This document shows positions 39,154-49,893 of a stretch of DNA of 64,000 nucleotides, one piece after another. The notes beneath the pieces were generated by a model, which ran no database searches, had not been told where the DNA came from, and saw nothing but the letters and a program-made list of their open reading frames with translations. The DNA comes from Psilocybe cubensis. Taxonomy: Eukaryota. The stretch lies in contig CM039007.1 in NCBI GenBank assembly GCA_017499595.2, forward strand, positions 1,364,001-1,428,000. Direction: 5' to 3'. Each line of letters opens with the position of its first letter. The first letter of the stretch is position 1. The position numbers and the translations under genes are program-made.

Positions 39154-42100
39154 TTGGTGAAAGACATGTCCCAATGGAATAGATTTAATGTACTAGAAAA
39201 TGAAATTGACAGACTTGATCCTCAGTCTTCAGATTCTGGTGCAGAAATCATGTCTTCTTCTTCCTCTCTTTCTACCTTCCCTGAAAAGATCTACATCCTC
39301 AACCATAATCCTAAAACCTCTACCCATTTGTCTGTCATCTTAAAGACAATGGACACAGAGAAAAGGTTATCTGTTGATGCTTTGCTTGATTCTGGAGCTA
39401 CTGGCCTCTTTCTGCATTCTGGTTTTGTGAAGTATCATAATCTCAACACAAGGAAACTTCCTAGAGCCATTCCAGTCTATAATGTTGATGGTACTCTCAA
39501 CAAGAGTGGCTCTATCCATGAGGAAGTAGACTTAATTATGGTACACAAAAACCATACAGAAAGGGCCACCTTTGCTGTTTGTGACTTGGGAGACAAATCT
39601 GCTATCATTGGACATACTTGGCTTTGGCACCATAATCCAGATGTTGATTGGAAGACAGGGGATGTCCAGTTTATTAGATGTCCCTCTGACTGCCAAATGG
39701 AAGCCAAAAGAGCCAGAAGAAAGAGGCAGAGAATAGCTGCAGTCAAAAGGAGGAAACTCCCTCAATTTGATGAAGAAGAAGATGATTCTATTGAAGATTC
39801 TTCTAATTCTGAGATTGAGCCTGAGGATAGAATTTTTATCTCATACCTTCATCCTCAGAAGCAGTCTATTAATGCTACTTCTACTATGTCTCAAAGATTA
39901 GCAGAAGAGTCTCATCAGCAAGCTGATTCCCCTAAGAAAACCTTTGAAGAAACTGTTCCTAAGCACTATCATCAGTTTAAAGGTGTTTTTTCAAAGGAAT
40001 CTTTTGATAGGCTACCAGACAGAAAGCCTTGGGATCATGCTATTGAGCTGAAACCTGGTTCTGAACCTTACAGATCCAAGATTTATCCTCTTTCTCCCAA
40101 TGAACAAAAGGAACTTGATGCCTTTTTAGAGGAAAATCTGAAGTCTGGCAGGATTAGACCCTCCAAGTCACCTATGGCCTCCCCTGTATTCTTTGTCAAG
40201 AAGAAGGATGGATCTCTTAGGCTTGTCCAGGACTATAGGAAACTGAATGAAATGACCATCAAGAACTCCTACCCCCTTCCATTGATTTCTGACATCATCA
40301 CCAAACTCAGCAAAGCCAAATACTTCACCAAACTTGATGTTAGGTGGGGATTTAACAATGTCAGAATCAAAAAGGGAGATGAATGGAAAGCAGCCTTTAG
40401 AACCAATAGAGGGCTGTTTGAACCATTGGTCATGTTCTTTGGTTTAACCAATAGTCCTGCTACCTTCCAAACTATGATGAATGATATCTTTATTGAGCTC
40501 ATTGATGGAAATGTTGTCATTGTCTACATGGATGACATTTTAATTTTCACTGAGACTCTTGATCATCATAGAGAGGTAGTCAAGCAAGTTCTGCAAATCC
40601 TAGAACAGAACAAACTCTACCTTAAAGCAGAGAAATGTGAATTTGAAAAGGAAAAGATTGAATATCTTGGACTAATCATTTCACAAGGCAGGATTGAGAT
40701 GGATCCTGTCAAGGTAGAGGGAGTTTCTAAATGGCCTGAACCTGAAAATGTCAAGGATGTCCAATCATTCTTGGGATTTGTTAATTTTTATAGAAGGTTT
40801 ATAGAGGATTTTGCAGACATTGCTAAGCCCCTTCATGAATTGACAAAGAAAGGAACAGTCTGGAGATGGAGTCTTAGACAGCAGGAAGCCTTTGACCAAT
40901 TAAAGAAGAAAGTCACTTCTTCACCTGTCTTGATTTTCCCTGATGATAACAAGCCATATAAAGTTGAAGCAGACAGTTCAGATTATGCTACTGGGGCTGT
41001 TTTATCTCAGGAAGGATCAGATGGGAAATGGCATCCTGTAGCCTTTATGTCTAAGAGTCTATCTGAAGTAGAAAGGAATTATGAGATCCATGACAAAGAG
41101 ATGCTGGCTATTATCAGAGCACTAGATGAATGGAGACATTATCTTGAAGGAACCCAACATTCCTTTGAGATTTGGACAGACCACAAAAACTTAGAGTACT
41201 TTATGGTTGCCCAAAAGCTTAGCAGAAGGCAAGCCAGATGGTCACTCTTCCTGTCCAGATTTGATTTTACTCTTCATCATAGGCCTGGTAAAAGATCTCT
41301 TAAGCCAGATGCTTTGTCTAGGAGACCAGATCATAAAAAGGGGGAGAATGATAACCAAAATGTAGTTCTCCTCAAACCTTCCTACTTTAAAATCCAGGCT
41401 CTCAAGCAGGGTCATGCTACCATTACTGGTGCAGAAAATGATCTTCTTAAGAAGATTAGAGAAGCTAAGGAGATGGATGAAAAGGTGGTCAAGGCAGTTC
41501 AGGAGCTCAAGAAATCTTCAACCAAGAAGATTGAAGGACAGGAATGGTCAGAAGAACAAGGTCTTATTCTCTATAGGGGGAAGGTGTATGTTCCCAAGGA
41601 CAAAGATCTTAGAAGAAAGATTGTGGAACTGCACCATGATGCCTTCATTGCTGGACATCCAGGGAAATGGAAGACAATTGAGCTAGTCTCTAGGAATTAT
41701 TGGTGGCCAGGAATGTCACATTTTATTGCAGCCTATACCAGAGGTTGTGATAGATGCAACAGAACCAAAACCTTTCCAGCCAAACCTCTTGGTCTTTTAA
41801 TTCCTACTGAGATTCCCTCTGATGTCTGGCAATGCATCTCTGTGGACTTTATTATGGGGTTACCAGAATGTCAAGGGTATAATGCCATTATGGTGGTTGT
41901 GGATAGACTTAGTAAAATGATCCACATTATCCCTACTACAGATGAAGTCACTTCTGAAGGGACAGCCAGACTATACAGAGATTATGTCTGGAAACACCAT
42001 GGCTTACCCATTAAAATTCTATGTGATAGAGGTCCACAGTTTGTCTCAAGGTTTATGAAAGAACTCAACTCAATACTTGGTATCCAGACAGCCTCATCTA

Positions 42101-43023
42101 CAGCCTACCATCCCCAAACTGATGGTCAGACTGAAAGAGTTAACCAAGAAATTGAGCAGTATCTTAGACTCTTTATAAACCATAGACAAGATGATTGGGT
42201 TGAATGGTTAGCTCTAGCTGAATTCTCTTATAACAATAGAGTTCAGGCTTCAACCAGGCAGACACCATTCATGCTCAATAATGGCAGACATCCCAGAATG
42301 GGCACTGAACCCCTTAGAGATAGTAAAATGGACACTGTGGATACCTTTGTGAAAAATATGGAAGAAGCCAGGAAAGAAGCAGAGTCTGCACTTAGAAAAG
42401 CTGCTGATGATATGGCTAAATTCTATAATAGACACAGAGGTACTCCAACTCAGTACAAAGTTGGGGATTTGGTATGGTTGGATGGCAAGGACCTCAAAAC
42501 TGATAGGCCCTCCAAGAAATTGGATGATAAAAGATATGGGCCTTACAAAATTACCAAAGTTATTAGCCCTAATGCCTATGAGCTTAAGCTGCCATCTACC
42601 ATGAAAATCCATCCAGTGTTCAATGTGGTTAAACTTCTACCTTATCATCCAGATATTGTAGGAAGAAAGCCTCCTTCTAGACCACCTCCTGTCATTCAAG
42701 GAGAAAATCCTGAGTGGGAAGTTGAATTTATCAAGGACAGCAGACTTTTTAGAAACAAACTTCAATATTTGGTCAAGTGGAAGAACTATCCTAATGAAGA
42801 ATGCACTTGGGAGCCTGCAGAGCATTTGAAAAATGCTTCTAAGGCTATCAAGGACTTCCATGCCAAACATCCTTCAGCACCTAGAAGGATTTCTGCTGTG
42901 ACCTTTGATAGACTTTCTTTCACTCCTATTATTAACTTTACTGAACCTCCTCCTCTTCTTAAACCCTCTAAACTAACCCATCCATGTGCACATTGTGGAA
43001 AATGTGCCTTAGAGAGGGGGTGA
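39154..43023 (+). CDS. pol: Pol polyprotein (PR-RT-RNaseH-IN-chromodomain), probably expressed by -1 frameshift
   Basis: 1289-aa open ORF: LLDSGAT protease, YMDD RT, ADSSD RNase H, HH..GH..C..C and D,D,E integrase, GPY motif, chromodomain WEVE..YLVKWKNY...TWEP. Confidence 0.98.
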   Translation: MVKDMSQWNRFNVLENEIDRLDPQSSDSGAEIMSSSSSLSTFPEKIYILNHNPKTSTHLSVILKTMDTEKRLSVDALLDSGATGLFLHSGFVKYHNLNTRKLPRAIPVYNVDGTLNKSGSIHEEVDLIMVHKNHTERATFAVCDLGDKSAIIGHTWLWHHNPDVDWKTGDVQFIRCPSDCQMEAKRARRKRQRIAAVKRRKLPQFDEEEDDSIEDSSNSEIEPEDRIFISYLHPQKQSINATSTMSQRLAEESHQQADSPKKTFEETVPKHYHQFKGVFSKESFDRLPDRKPWDHAIELKPGSEPYRSKIYPLSPNEQKELDAFLEENLKSGRIRPSKSPMASPVFFVKKKDGSLRLVQDYRKLNEMTIKNSYPLPLISDIITKLSKAKYFTKLDVRWGFNNVRIKKGDEWKAAFRTNRGLFEPLVMFFGLTNSPATFQTMMNDIFIELIDGNVVIVYMDDILIFTETLDHHREVVKQVLQILEQNKLYLKAEKCEFEKEKIEYLGLIISQGRIEMDPVKVEGVSKWPEPENVKDVQSFLGFVNFYRRFIEDFADIAKPLHELTKKGTVWRWSLRQQEAFDQLKKKVTSSPVLIFPDDNKPYKVEADSSDYATGAVLSQEGSDGKWHPVAFMSKSLSEVERNYEIHDKEMLAIIRALDEWRHYLEGTQHSFEIWTDHKNLEYFMVAQKLSRRQARWSLFLSRFDFTLHHRPGKRSLKPDALSRRPDHKKGENDNQNVVLLKPSYFKIQALKQGHATITGAENDLLKKIREAKEMDEKVVKAVQELKKSSTKKIEGQEWSEEQGLILYRGKVYVPKDKDLRRKIVELHHDAFIAGHPGKWKTIELVSRNYWWPGMSHFIAAYTRGCDRCNRTKTFPAKPLGLLIPTEIPSDVWQCISVDFIMGLPECQGYNAIMVVVDRLSKMIHIIPTTDEVTSEGTARLYRDYVWKHHGLPIKILCDRGPQFVSRFMKELNSILGIQTASSTAYHPQTDGQTERVNQEIEQYLRLFINHRQDDWVEWLALAEFSYNNRVQASTRQTPFMLNNGRHPRMGTEPLRDSKMDTVDTFVKNMEEARKEAESALRKAADDMAKFYNRHRGTPTQYKVGDLVWLDGKDLKTDRPSKKLDDKRYGPYKITKVISPNAYELKLPSTMKIHPVFNVVKLLPYHPDIVGRKPPSRPPPVIQGENPEWEVEFIKDSRLFRNKLQYLVKWKNYPNEECTWEPAEHLKNASKAIKDFHAKHPSAPRRISAVTFDRLSFTPIINFTEPPPLLKPSKLTHPCAHCGKCALERG
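43011..43023 (+). promoter_or_regulatory. Polypurine tract
   Basis: AGAGAGGGGGTGA lies immediately upstream of the 3' LTR and overlaps the pol stop codon. Confidence 0.85.
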
Positions 43024-43473
43024 TGTCAGGGTTTCTCCAGTTTCCCCTCTTTATCTTCACAGAATTATCTTATCCTTTCATTATCTTATCAATTATCTGA
43101 TTAGATAGTTTATTTCTTTCATCACAGCCTTCTTGTTCCACTTTTTTCTAGTAAATTCTATATGATTCCTAGTCTTACTCATTCTTTTTCTATATGATGT
43201 CACTTTTATTCTTTAACCTTCCTTTATGATGTAATGTAGGGAATATTCTAGAATAGCTGTAGAGTATAAATACTGGACTTGTAGGTAGCTGTAGCTTCAG
43301 CTTCAATCTCTTAGGATATCCACTATCATTGGTGTGATCTCTTAGAACCATTGAATCTCTCTCACTCTCTTATTCTCTCTTTGCTCTCTTACTCTCTCTC
43401 TGCTCTCTCTCTCTCTCTCTTGCTTAATCTTTGTTGGTGGCCTTGTCACACTGATTATAGTGTTGCCCTGACA
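43024..43473 (+). repeat. 3' LTR (450 bp)
   Basis: Direct repeat of 37081-37530, followed by TSD GCAGC. Confidence 0.97.
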
Positions 43474-43760
43474 GCAGCTGGGTTGTGTCGCCGCTGCCGC
43501 TGCCGCCCTGCCCCGCTCTAGCCACCATCGACAATCACCAGGGCGAGGCTGCTGGGTCGGCCGCCGCTGAGGGGGAAGAAGAAGACGGCACAGCTGTGTT
43601 TGCATTTCCATTCGCATTTGCGTGTCCACCAACCCTTGATTGGCGAGGAAGTATCTACTTTCTATTGTATTTTAGCACAATTAACTGTTTTTTATGCCCA
43701 ATAACTGATCATTGTGTAGTTGATACTAAGACTAAGTAATTTATAGATTTACTGTGTTAT

Positions 43761-45488
43761 TTATTCTTCATCTGTATCTGTAAATGAAGCATAGTTTCTA
43801 TCGTCTGAGTGTTCCTGCAACCCAACAACTTTATCACCTTGTCGCAGGTCTTTCATTCCATCAAGTAAAGATATTTCCTCTTGATCAATACCTTGTTCTT
43901 CAGCAACACGCGCAGTCAGAACAACTTCAATTTCTTCATCAACCTCACCACAAAAGCGCTCGAGCATGGTACGATAAATTTCCCAAAAACTGGCCATTGT
44001 TACCTCAGGAGTCCCAATGTCCTCATAAATCTTTCGGGCTCGTTCGTCAAAGGCAGGTGGTGTAAGTTGAAAAACTGGGTGATCTTTGGGTGCATACTCG
44101 TTTTCAAGGTCATCAAGAAGGTCTTCTGTAACAGGAATCTATTCAATGTAAATTGAATTTCTGGTCTATAGCATCTACACAATAAACATACCTTAAAGTC
44201 AAGAGCATTGAATTTTTCGGGCTTGGTGCGAATTAACAGAGGAGCACCGAGTGGGAGAATTTTCTTGCGGTCTGAACGTGGTGCCGTTCGATTTTTGGTA
44301 TTTGCCCACTTGTCAAGCTCGTTTTGCAGCCATGGAATTGCGATCCAGCGGAAAACCAAGCTATGTAAACAATAATTAAAACAGATATCACAAAAAATTA
44401 TGATCAAACATACTTTTCAACAACATTGGTAACTTCATACCATCCAGAAACAACTCCTTGTTGGAACAAATCCTCATAACCAGGAGCAAAGTCACGACGA
44501 AATACCGACCAATTGATTTCAGGCTTGATGTTGGCTTTATGCCGAAGCCACCTATGTTGCAGAGTCCCAACAAGAGTAGGATCAAGCCGGTGTCGAGCCA
44601 AGGTCTGAATGTTGGCTACACCAAAATTTTCTGATCCTGGGTCACTTTGCGTCGTAAGAGGAATAGCTGTTTAAAGTTAACTTTATTCAGTAAAAATAAT
44701 AGAAGAGTAAAATTAAACCTACCGCCATATTTGCGAGCCGTATCAATAAAATAACCAGCAATTAGACAGGGATTCTTGTTAGTCCACCATACCTTTAACC
44801 AATTCAGGAATCCAGTGAATGGATCTGCACTGTGGTGAAGCCACAGTCCAAACCGAGGACCCCATTTGTCATGTTGGTCTTGGGCCCAAGTATCGTTAAC
44901 ACCAGCAGCATGGTAGCGTCTGCGTTTGAATCTACGAGCCTTCCGAGCCTTTAGCGCATCGGGCTCAGTCATTTGAAGATAATTATAAACAACACTTCTG
45001 GTGTAGACTATATTTGAGCAAGTTCTTCCAAAAATGATAATATTCAATTCATACCGAGGAACTCTGATATTAAACTCAACCCGTAGCTGCTTTCTAATCA
45101 TTTCCACACCTCGAGTAGGGAATCTAGTTCGCATTTCCTGAATGGCAGGGGCAATTGACTCCAAGGTGTGCTTTTGTTGTCGAGTACTGAGAAGATCCCA
45201 CTTTTTTCTAAGCCTTTTAATGCTCGACACACTAGAAGTAGATTAATTGATACGTATTCCCGTGTCCGTAGAGGTAATAACAACGCACCTTAGGCCATAC
45301 AATTCTGTATTGTAATGGTCTTTCATATTGTCCTGAATCTCACGATCGTTCTGACCTAGATCATAGTAGAACTGTACGTATTCCTTGATTTCATCCTCAG
45401 GGGCTTGTGGATCAATAGATGACTTCAGTTTCTATTACCTATTGTACAAAACACAAGACTTACGAAGTGGTTTATGCTGGTTCGGCAT
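43761..45488 (-). CDS. IS3/IS481-like (IS3EU-type) DDE transposase with N-terminal Clr5/HTH-like region, intron-containing
   Basis: MPNQHKPL|PPEDEIKEYVQFYYDLG..|SIKRLRKKWDL..RRRYHAAGVNDTWAQDQHDKW (D1)..TQSDPGSEN (D2)..NIKPEINWS (E). Starts about 210 bp inside the right TIR. Confidence 0.88.
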
Positions 45489-45644
45489 TGATTTTAATAC
45501 AAAAAGAATAGAAGAGACGGCGCTGAGTAGGGATTTTCAATTGTCGCCCTATCACGATGAGAAACAAGGTAGGAAAATATATTTCATTCAGAATAGGAGT
45601 CTACGGATAACACAAGCATGTTTTAGCTAGACGTTAGCAGGACC

Positions 45645-45697
45645 GGCCATCACGCGGCATGAGCCAAACATTGAGCAGATCAGTCTGGCTTTCCATA
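45645..45697 (-). repeat. Right TIR (53 bp)
   Basis: Reverse complement of 32387-32439, followed by TSD TTTATC. Confidence 0.97.
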
Positions 45698-46393
45698 TTT
45701 ATCAGCCGAAGATCAAGGCCAGGCCTTGGATGGAGGGCATATTCAACAAAATGAACAAGATGCCGATCAGGGTACTAGGAGATACAGCCGTAGAGGGTCG
45801 AGACTGAGGCCAGGGAACTATGCGATTCTCAAATAAGTAATAAGTGACGTAATACACAACAGCGTGTTTACGGCAGCGAGCTTGACTGCGCTCACAATGA
45901 AACTTCTACCACTCACGCTCAAGCTCTCAAAGTTTCGACCAAGGCTGATCAGGGGCTGATCAGGGGCACCTAGTTCGTTTATAGAACATTATGGCTTCGA
46001 ATTCACATTTATGCTCAGCGATGATGAAGTTTGAACCCCCCACCGATTTACGCAGCAGATGATGCTGAACAAAACAGGACTCATCAGCGGAGACCACAAC
46101 ATGGAAATTAACCTCTGTTATGCCATTCGTTATAATATGCAAGCGCGACCAGCATGTTGAAGGTTGGATGAAAGTCTCACTGCTGTTGTTCGGTAGGCAT
46201 TGATTGCACACCAAAAGGAGCGATCTTGGCCCTCTTGGCGATATATAACCAAAATTTCTCCTTGCGGCTTACTTGTGGACTTCATAATTGAACGCGACAT
46301 TTACCCCAAACTCATTCTCAAAAATACCCTTTCTTTTTATTTTCTTTCTTATTTTCTACTTCATAGGCGTTAGGCTGCAGAGCAAAAGGCGAA

Positions 46394-48860
46394 ATGCTTG
46401 CCTCCGCTTTTCTGCTGCTTCCAAGCATTGTTTCAACGGCTCGAGCGGTCACTGTGTATGGCCAAATACCGCTTGCTCAAACTGCGTCGGGTACATCAGG
46501 CATTCCAACAATTCCAACACTGGCGGCCTACGATAAAACGCAGCTTGTCCCTCCAGCAATCGTTGAACCTGCCCCCGCCAATGCGTACACATTAACGCTT
46601 CAAGACAATGCGGCGGCAGTAGACGGCCTTTCAATTCCTCACGTTGGGCCTGGATTTTGGGGTTTCTCTCTTGAAATGTCGGTGCTCAATCAAGTCTGTG
46701 AGTATACAGTCAATCATCGCGCTGTCCCATCGATTTACTCATTGGACATACGAACTTTCAGTGGGCAAAAACTCGTATGTTTTTAACATGCATGACAATG
46801 TCCTACAACTTATTTGCATCATTCATAGATCACTCATTCAGGTCCCGTTTTTAAACCTTATGTCCAATCTTATCGAACGCTCAGGTGGTGTTCTAATTCG
46901 AATCGGCGGGAACACTCAGGAATTTGCGACAATGGTACCATTCCTGGAAGGTGGAAAAACATTCGACAAGGAAGATTCAGGAAGTACACAGACGGTATGT
47001 GATCAGAATTCACCTTGCTGAAATACCGTCTGAGGTTCCCTAGACCAAAACTCCCGCTGTCCTTTATACAATCGATATGTTCTACATGGCGGCCAATATC
47101 TCGTCAATGTTAAATGTCAAATGGTTTTTCGGTCAGTGTCTAAAATCATTGAGTGTTCACCACACCATAATCAAATTGTGTAAAAATAGGCATACCTTTC
47201 AATGATTCAGTAAACTGGCGTTTGACCATTGCAGAAGAGGCTCAGAGCATTGTCGGTGACAACTTGATTGCCCTTCAGGCTGGAAACGAACCTGATTTCT
47301 ACGAGGAGTATGTACTTTTACCTTTCATCAAAATGACTTTTGTTCTGAAACCATTGAAGATTCGGGCGTCGTCAAACTTACTCTCCGGAAATGTATACTC
47401 AGGAAGTCGAGCAACTTGTTGCTGTTATTGACGCCAATGATCGTATTCCAATCAAGAATATGTTACTGGGACCAAGTGTCGCCACAGGACCATGGACGCC
47501 TGAACAAGTTTGGGAAACAAATTTCATTGAACGCCTGAAAGACAGATTGCATGCCTTGACTGTTGAGCAGTAAGTTCAGTAAATTTTAAGGCTATCGCGT
47601 TTTTATTCATTGTGGTAAAAGCTATCCCAACAACAATTGCGCAGCTGCATATAACAACGGAGGAAGAGTTGTAATTCCACAAGAAATTTTTCCTGAATAT
47701 CTTTCGCATACAGCTGCAGTTGAACTTGTTCGACCATACTGGAATTCCGCAGCGCTTGCCGTGGAAGCAGGAAAACCGTTATACATGTTCGAGACTAATA
47801 CGGCATCTTGTGGTGGCTTCGCTGGAGTCAGCGATTCGTATGGTGCCGCTCTCTGGGCCATGGATTATGGATTCCAGATGGCGTATGCCAACTTTACTCA
47901 CGGAATGCTCCACGTCGGTGGACAGAACGTATTCTACAATGTGCGCATTCATTGATGCAAAATGCTATCGTGGCTTTATCCTGATCGTCTGTGACCTTTA
48001 TCCAGCCTTTCACTGCTCCCCCCACAAATCAATCCTCATACAACCAGTGGACTGCAGGAGCGGTCTATTACTCCACCGTCGTACTTGCAGAAGCGTTTGG
48101 AAAGAGCAACACATCTAGGATTGTCGATCTTTTGGGAAACGCAGGCTCGGTTTATACGCCATCCTATGCCATATACGAACAGGAAAAGCTTAGCAAAGTC
48201 GCTTTATTCAATTACATGGATGATGCGTCAGGTGCTCACGACCTGAGTGTTACTATTTCCGTACCAACAGGAGTACCAACAACGGTTGAAGTCAAGTAAG
48301 CAGCGTTTAGGATCTTGTTACCTCATATCAGAGTTGACAAAGAACAGATATCTTGCCGCAAGTTCGGTTTCTTCCAAGGATAATATCACTTGGGCGGGCC
48401 AGGTAAGGAAATATCGCCCTGCCTGTCGCAAGTACGAATGTTGATCTGTAGCCTCTAGACACTCGGTAACCAGTATGAAGTCGATGGACGATTCAAAGGC
48501 GAGCTGAACGTCACCACCATCAACTGCGATACTGTAGCAAGCACCTGCATAATTCCAATACCCGCTCCTGGCTTTGCCCTTGTCTTCTTCAATAATGCTG
48601 CAGAACAATTAACCATCGGCCAGGCCACTCAAACGTTCGGGACGACCGCTTTCAGCAGGGGCCACAACACAGCGACTGTCGATCCTGCTGTGCTTCAGAC
48701 ATCAAACGGACACTCTGGAGCCAACCGAGACTCCTATAGGAGTACGAGTCTTGGAAGTGCAAGCTCTGCCGAAAAGAAAGTCGCCATGATTCCAGGTGTC
48801 ATTGCGTTATTTTCGGTGATTGTAGGCAGCTTTTGGGTAGCGCGAAATCTTGTGCAGTAG
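46394..48860 (+). CDS. Glycoside hydrolase family 79 (beta-glucuronidase-like), secreted, with C-terminal hydrophobic/GPI-like tail
   Basis: Signal peptide, IRIGGNTQE, catalytic QAGNEPDFY, and MFETNTASCGGFAGVSDSYGAALWAMDY. Confidence 0.9.
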
Positions 48861-49893
48861 ATGAAGGCTGCTACAGCTCGTCATACCATTTCAGCATGTT
48901 ATTCCAGCCACGGTCTGGGGTAACTGTTCACCGACGGACACTTACACTTATTTAGTTAGGTTTATGGCGCATGAGGAACACCATTACCAACCTTTGACCA
49001 GGACATTTAGCTAATGAATTTTTGTTTCTTTAGAGATGTAGAATATTAATGATTACTCACTGATGCAGGATGATAGCTCGAGTTTAGAGGTGCTAGACGC
49101 TTGAAGCTGACCTCAAACCCTGGGAATTTTGCTATCAATAGGCATTCACGTACATGCCAATTCCATTACTGTTTCCTGCTTTTACTCTTGTATCACACCC
49201 ATCGAAGTCCAGAAAAGCGAAATAACGTCAAGTAAGCCCTTTCTTTAGAGCATTTAATGCCCTAGATGTCAAATAACGTGTTACAAAGCAGAGATCAGGC
49301 AAAGACAAAGCTGGACACAATCAAGGAGACATGAAGGGAGAAATGTCTTCCGGGTATTAATACACGTAAAACCCAGCGCCAAAATGGATGAGCAAGAAAT
49401 AGTCGAACAGGTACCAAGATGCTCTCATACCTTTGCTCAGCCCTTGCTGAACCCCTTTCTTAAGTACTTTTGCCAAGTCGGGGCCAAGTCTTTCTGATAC
49501 CCCGTTTCCACAACACCAAACCTCTTGCACACGTTGGAGACGTGATATGGCAGGATATTGGCCCGGATAAGCTCAATTCTCGGTCCAAATACGCACATTA
49601 CTTTGTCCGATGCTCCAGTAAGGCAGCCATTGTCTTGAAAAGGATCTGGCCAAGGGCCAAGTCGCTGCAATTATCCTGGCGCTCGAAAAATTCGTGGCAA
49701 AGACTCCACATTCACACAATCAAAGTGACGACAGGATAACCAACCGCAACACCATTTCTTCCTTCTCCTAACTTTTCCGCACCCCTCCCCCTCTTGATCC
49801 CAGTCAGCTCACCTGTCCATTCTTTTCCATTCTTTTCAACTTGAATTGTCTTCTAGAACCTAATATTTCTATAACAAGCTGGCGTGAAAAAGG

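Larger units (their letters stand above)
37081..43473 (+). mobile_element. Full-length Ty3/Gypsy chromoviral LTR retrotransposon (6393 bp)
   Basis: Two 450-bp LTRs (TGTCAGGG...CCCTGACA), 5-bp TSD GCAGC (37076-37080 and 43474-43478), intact gag and pol, PPT. Confidence 0.98.
32387..45697. mobile_element. Complete IS3EU-like DNA transposon (13.3 kb including a nested LTR element; about 6.9 kb without it)
   Basis: Perfect 53-bp TIRs at 32387-32439 and 45645-45697 (TATGG...CCATA). 6-bp TSD TTTATC at 32381-32386 and 45698-45703. Contains a DDE transposase and an alpha-kinase gene. Confidence 0.92.

Noticed and set aside
37081-43473. RIP-like mutation of this copy as the cause of CpG loss
   Set aside because: There are no stops, conserved Arg residues are retained as AGR, and the LTRs appear identical, which does not fit heavy post-insertion C-to-T mutation.
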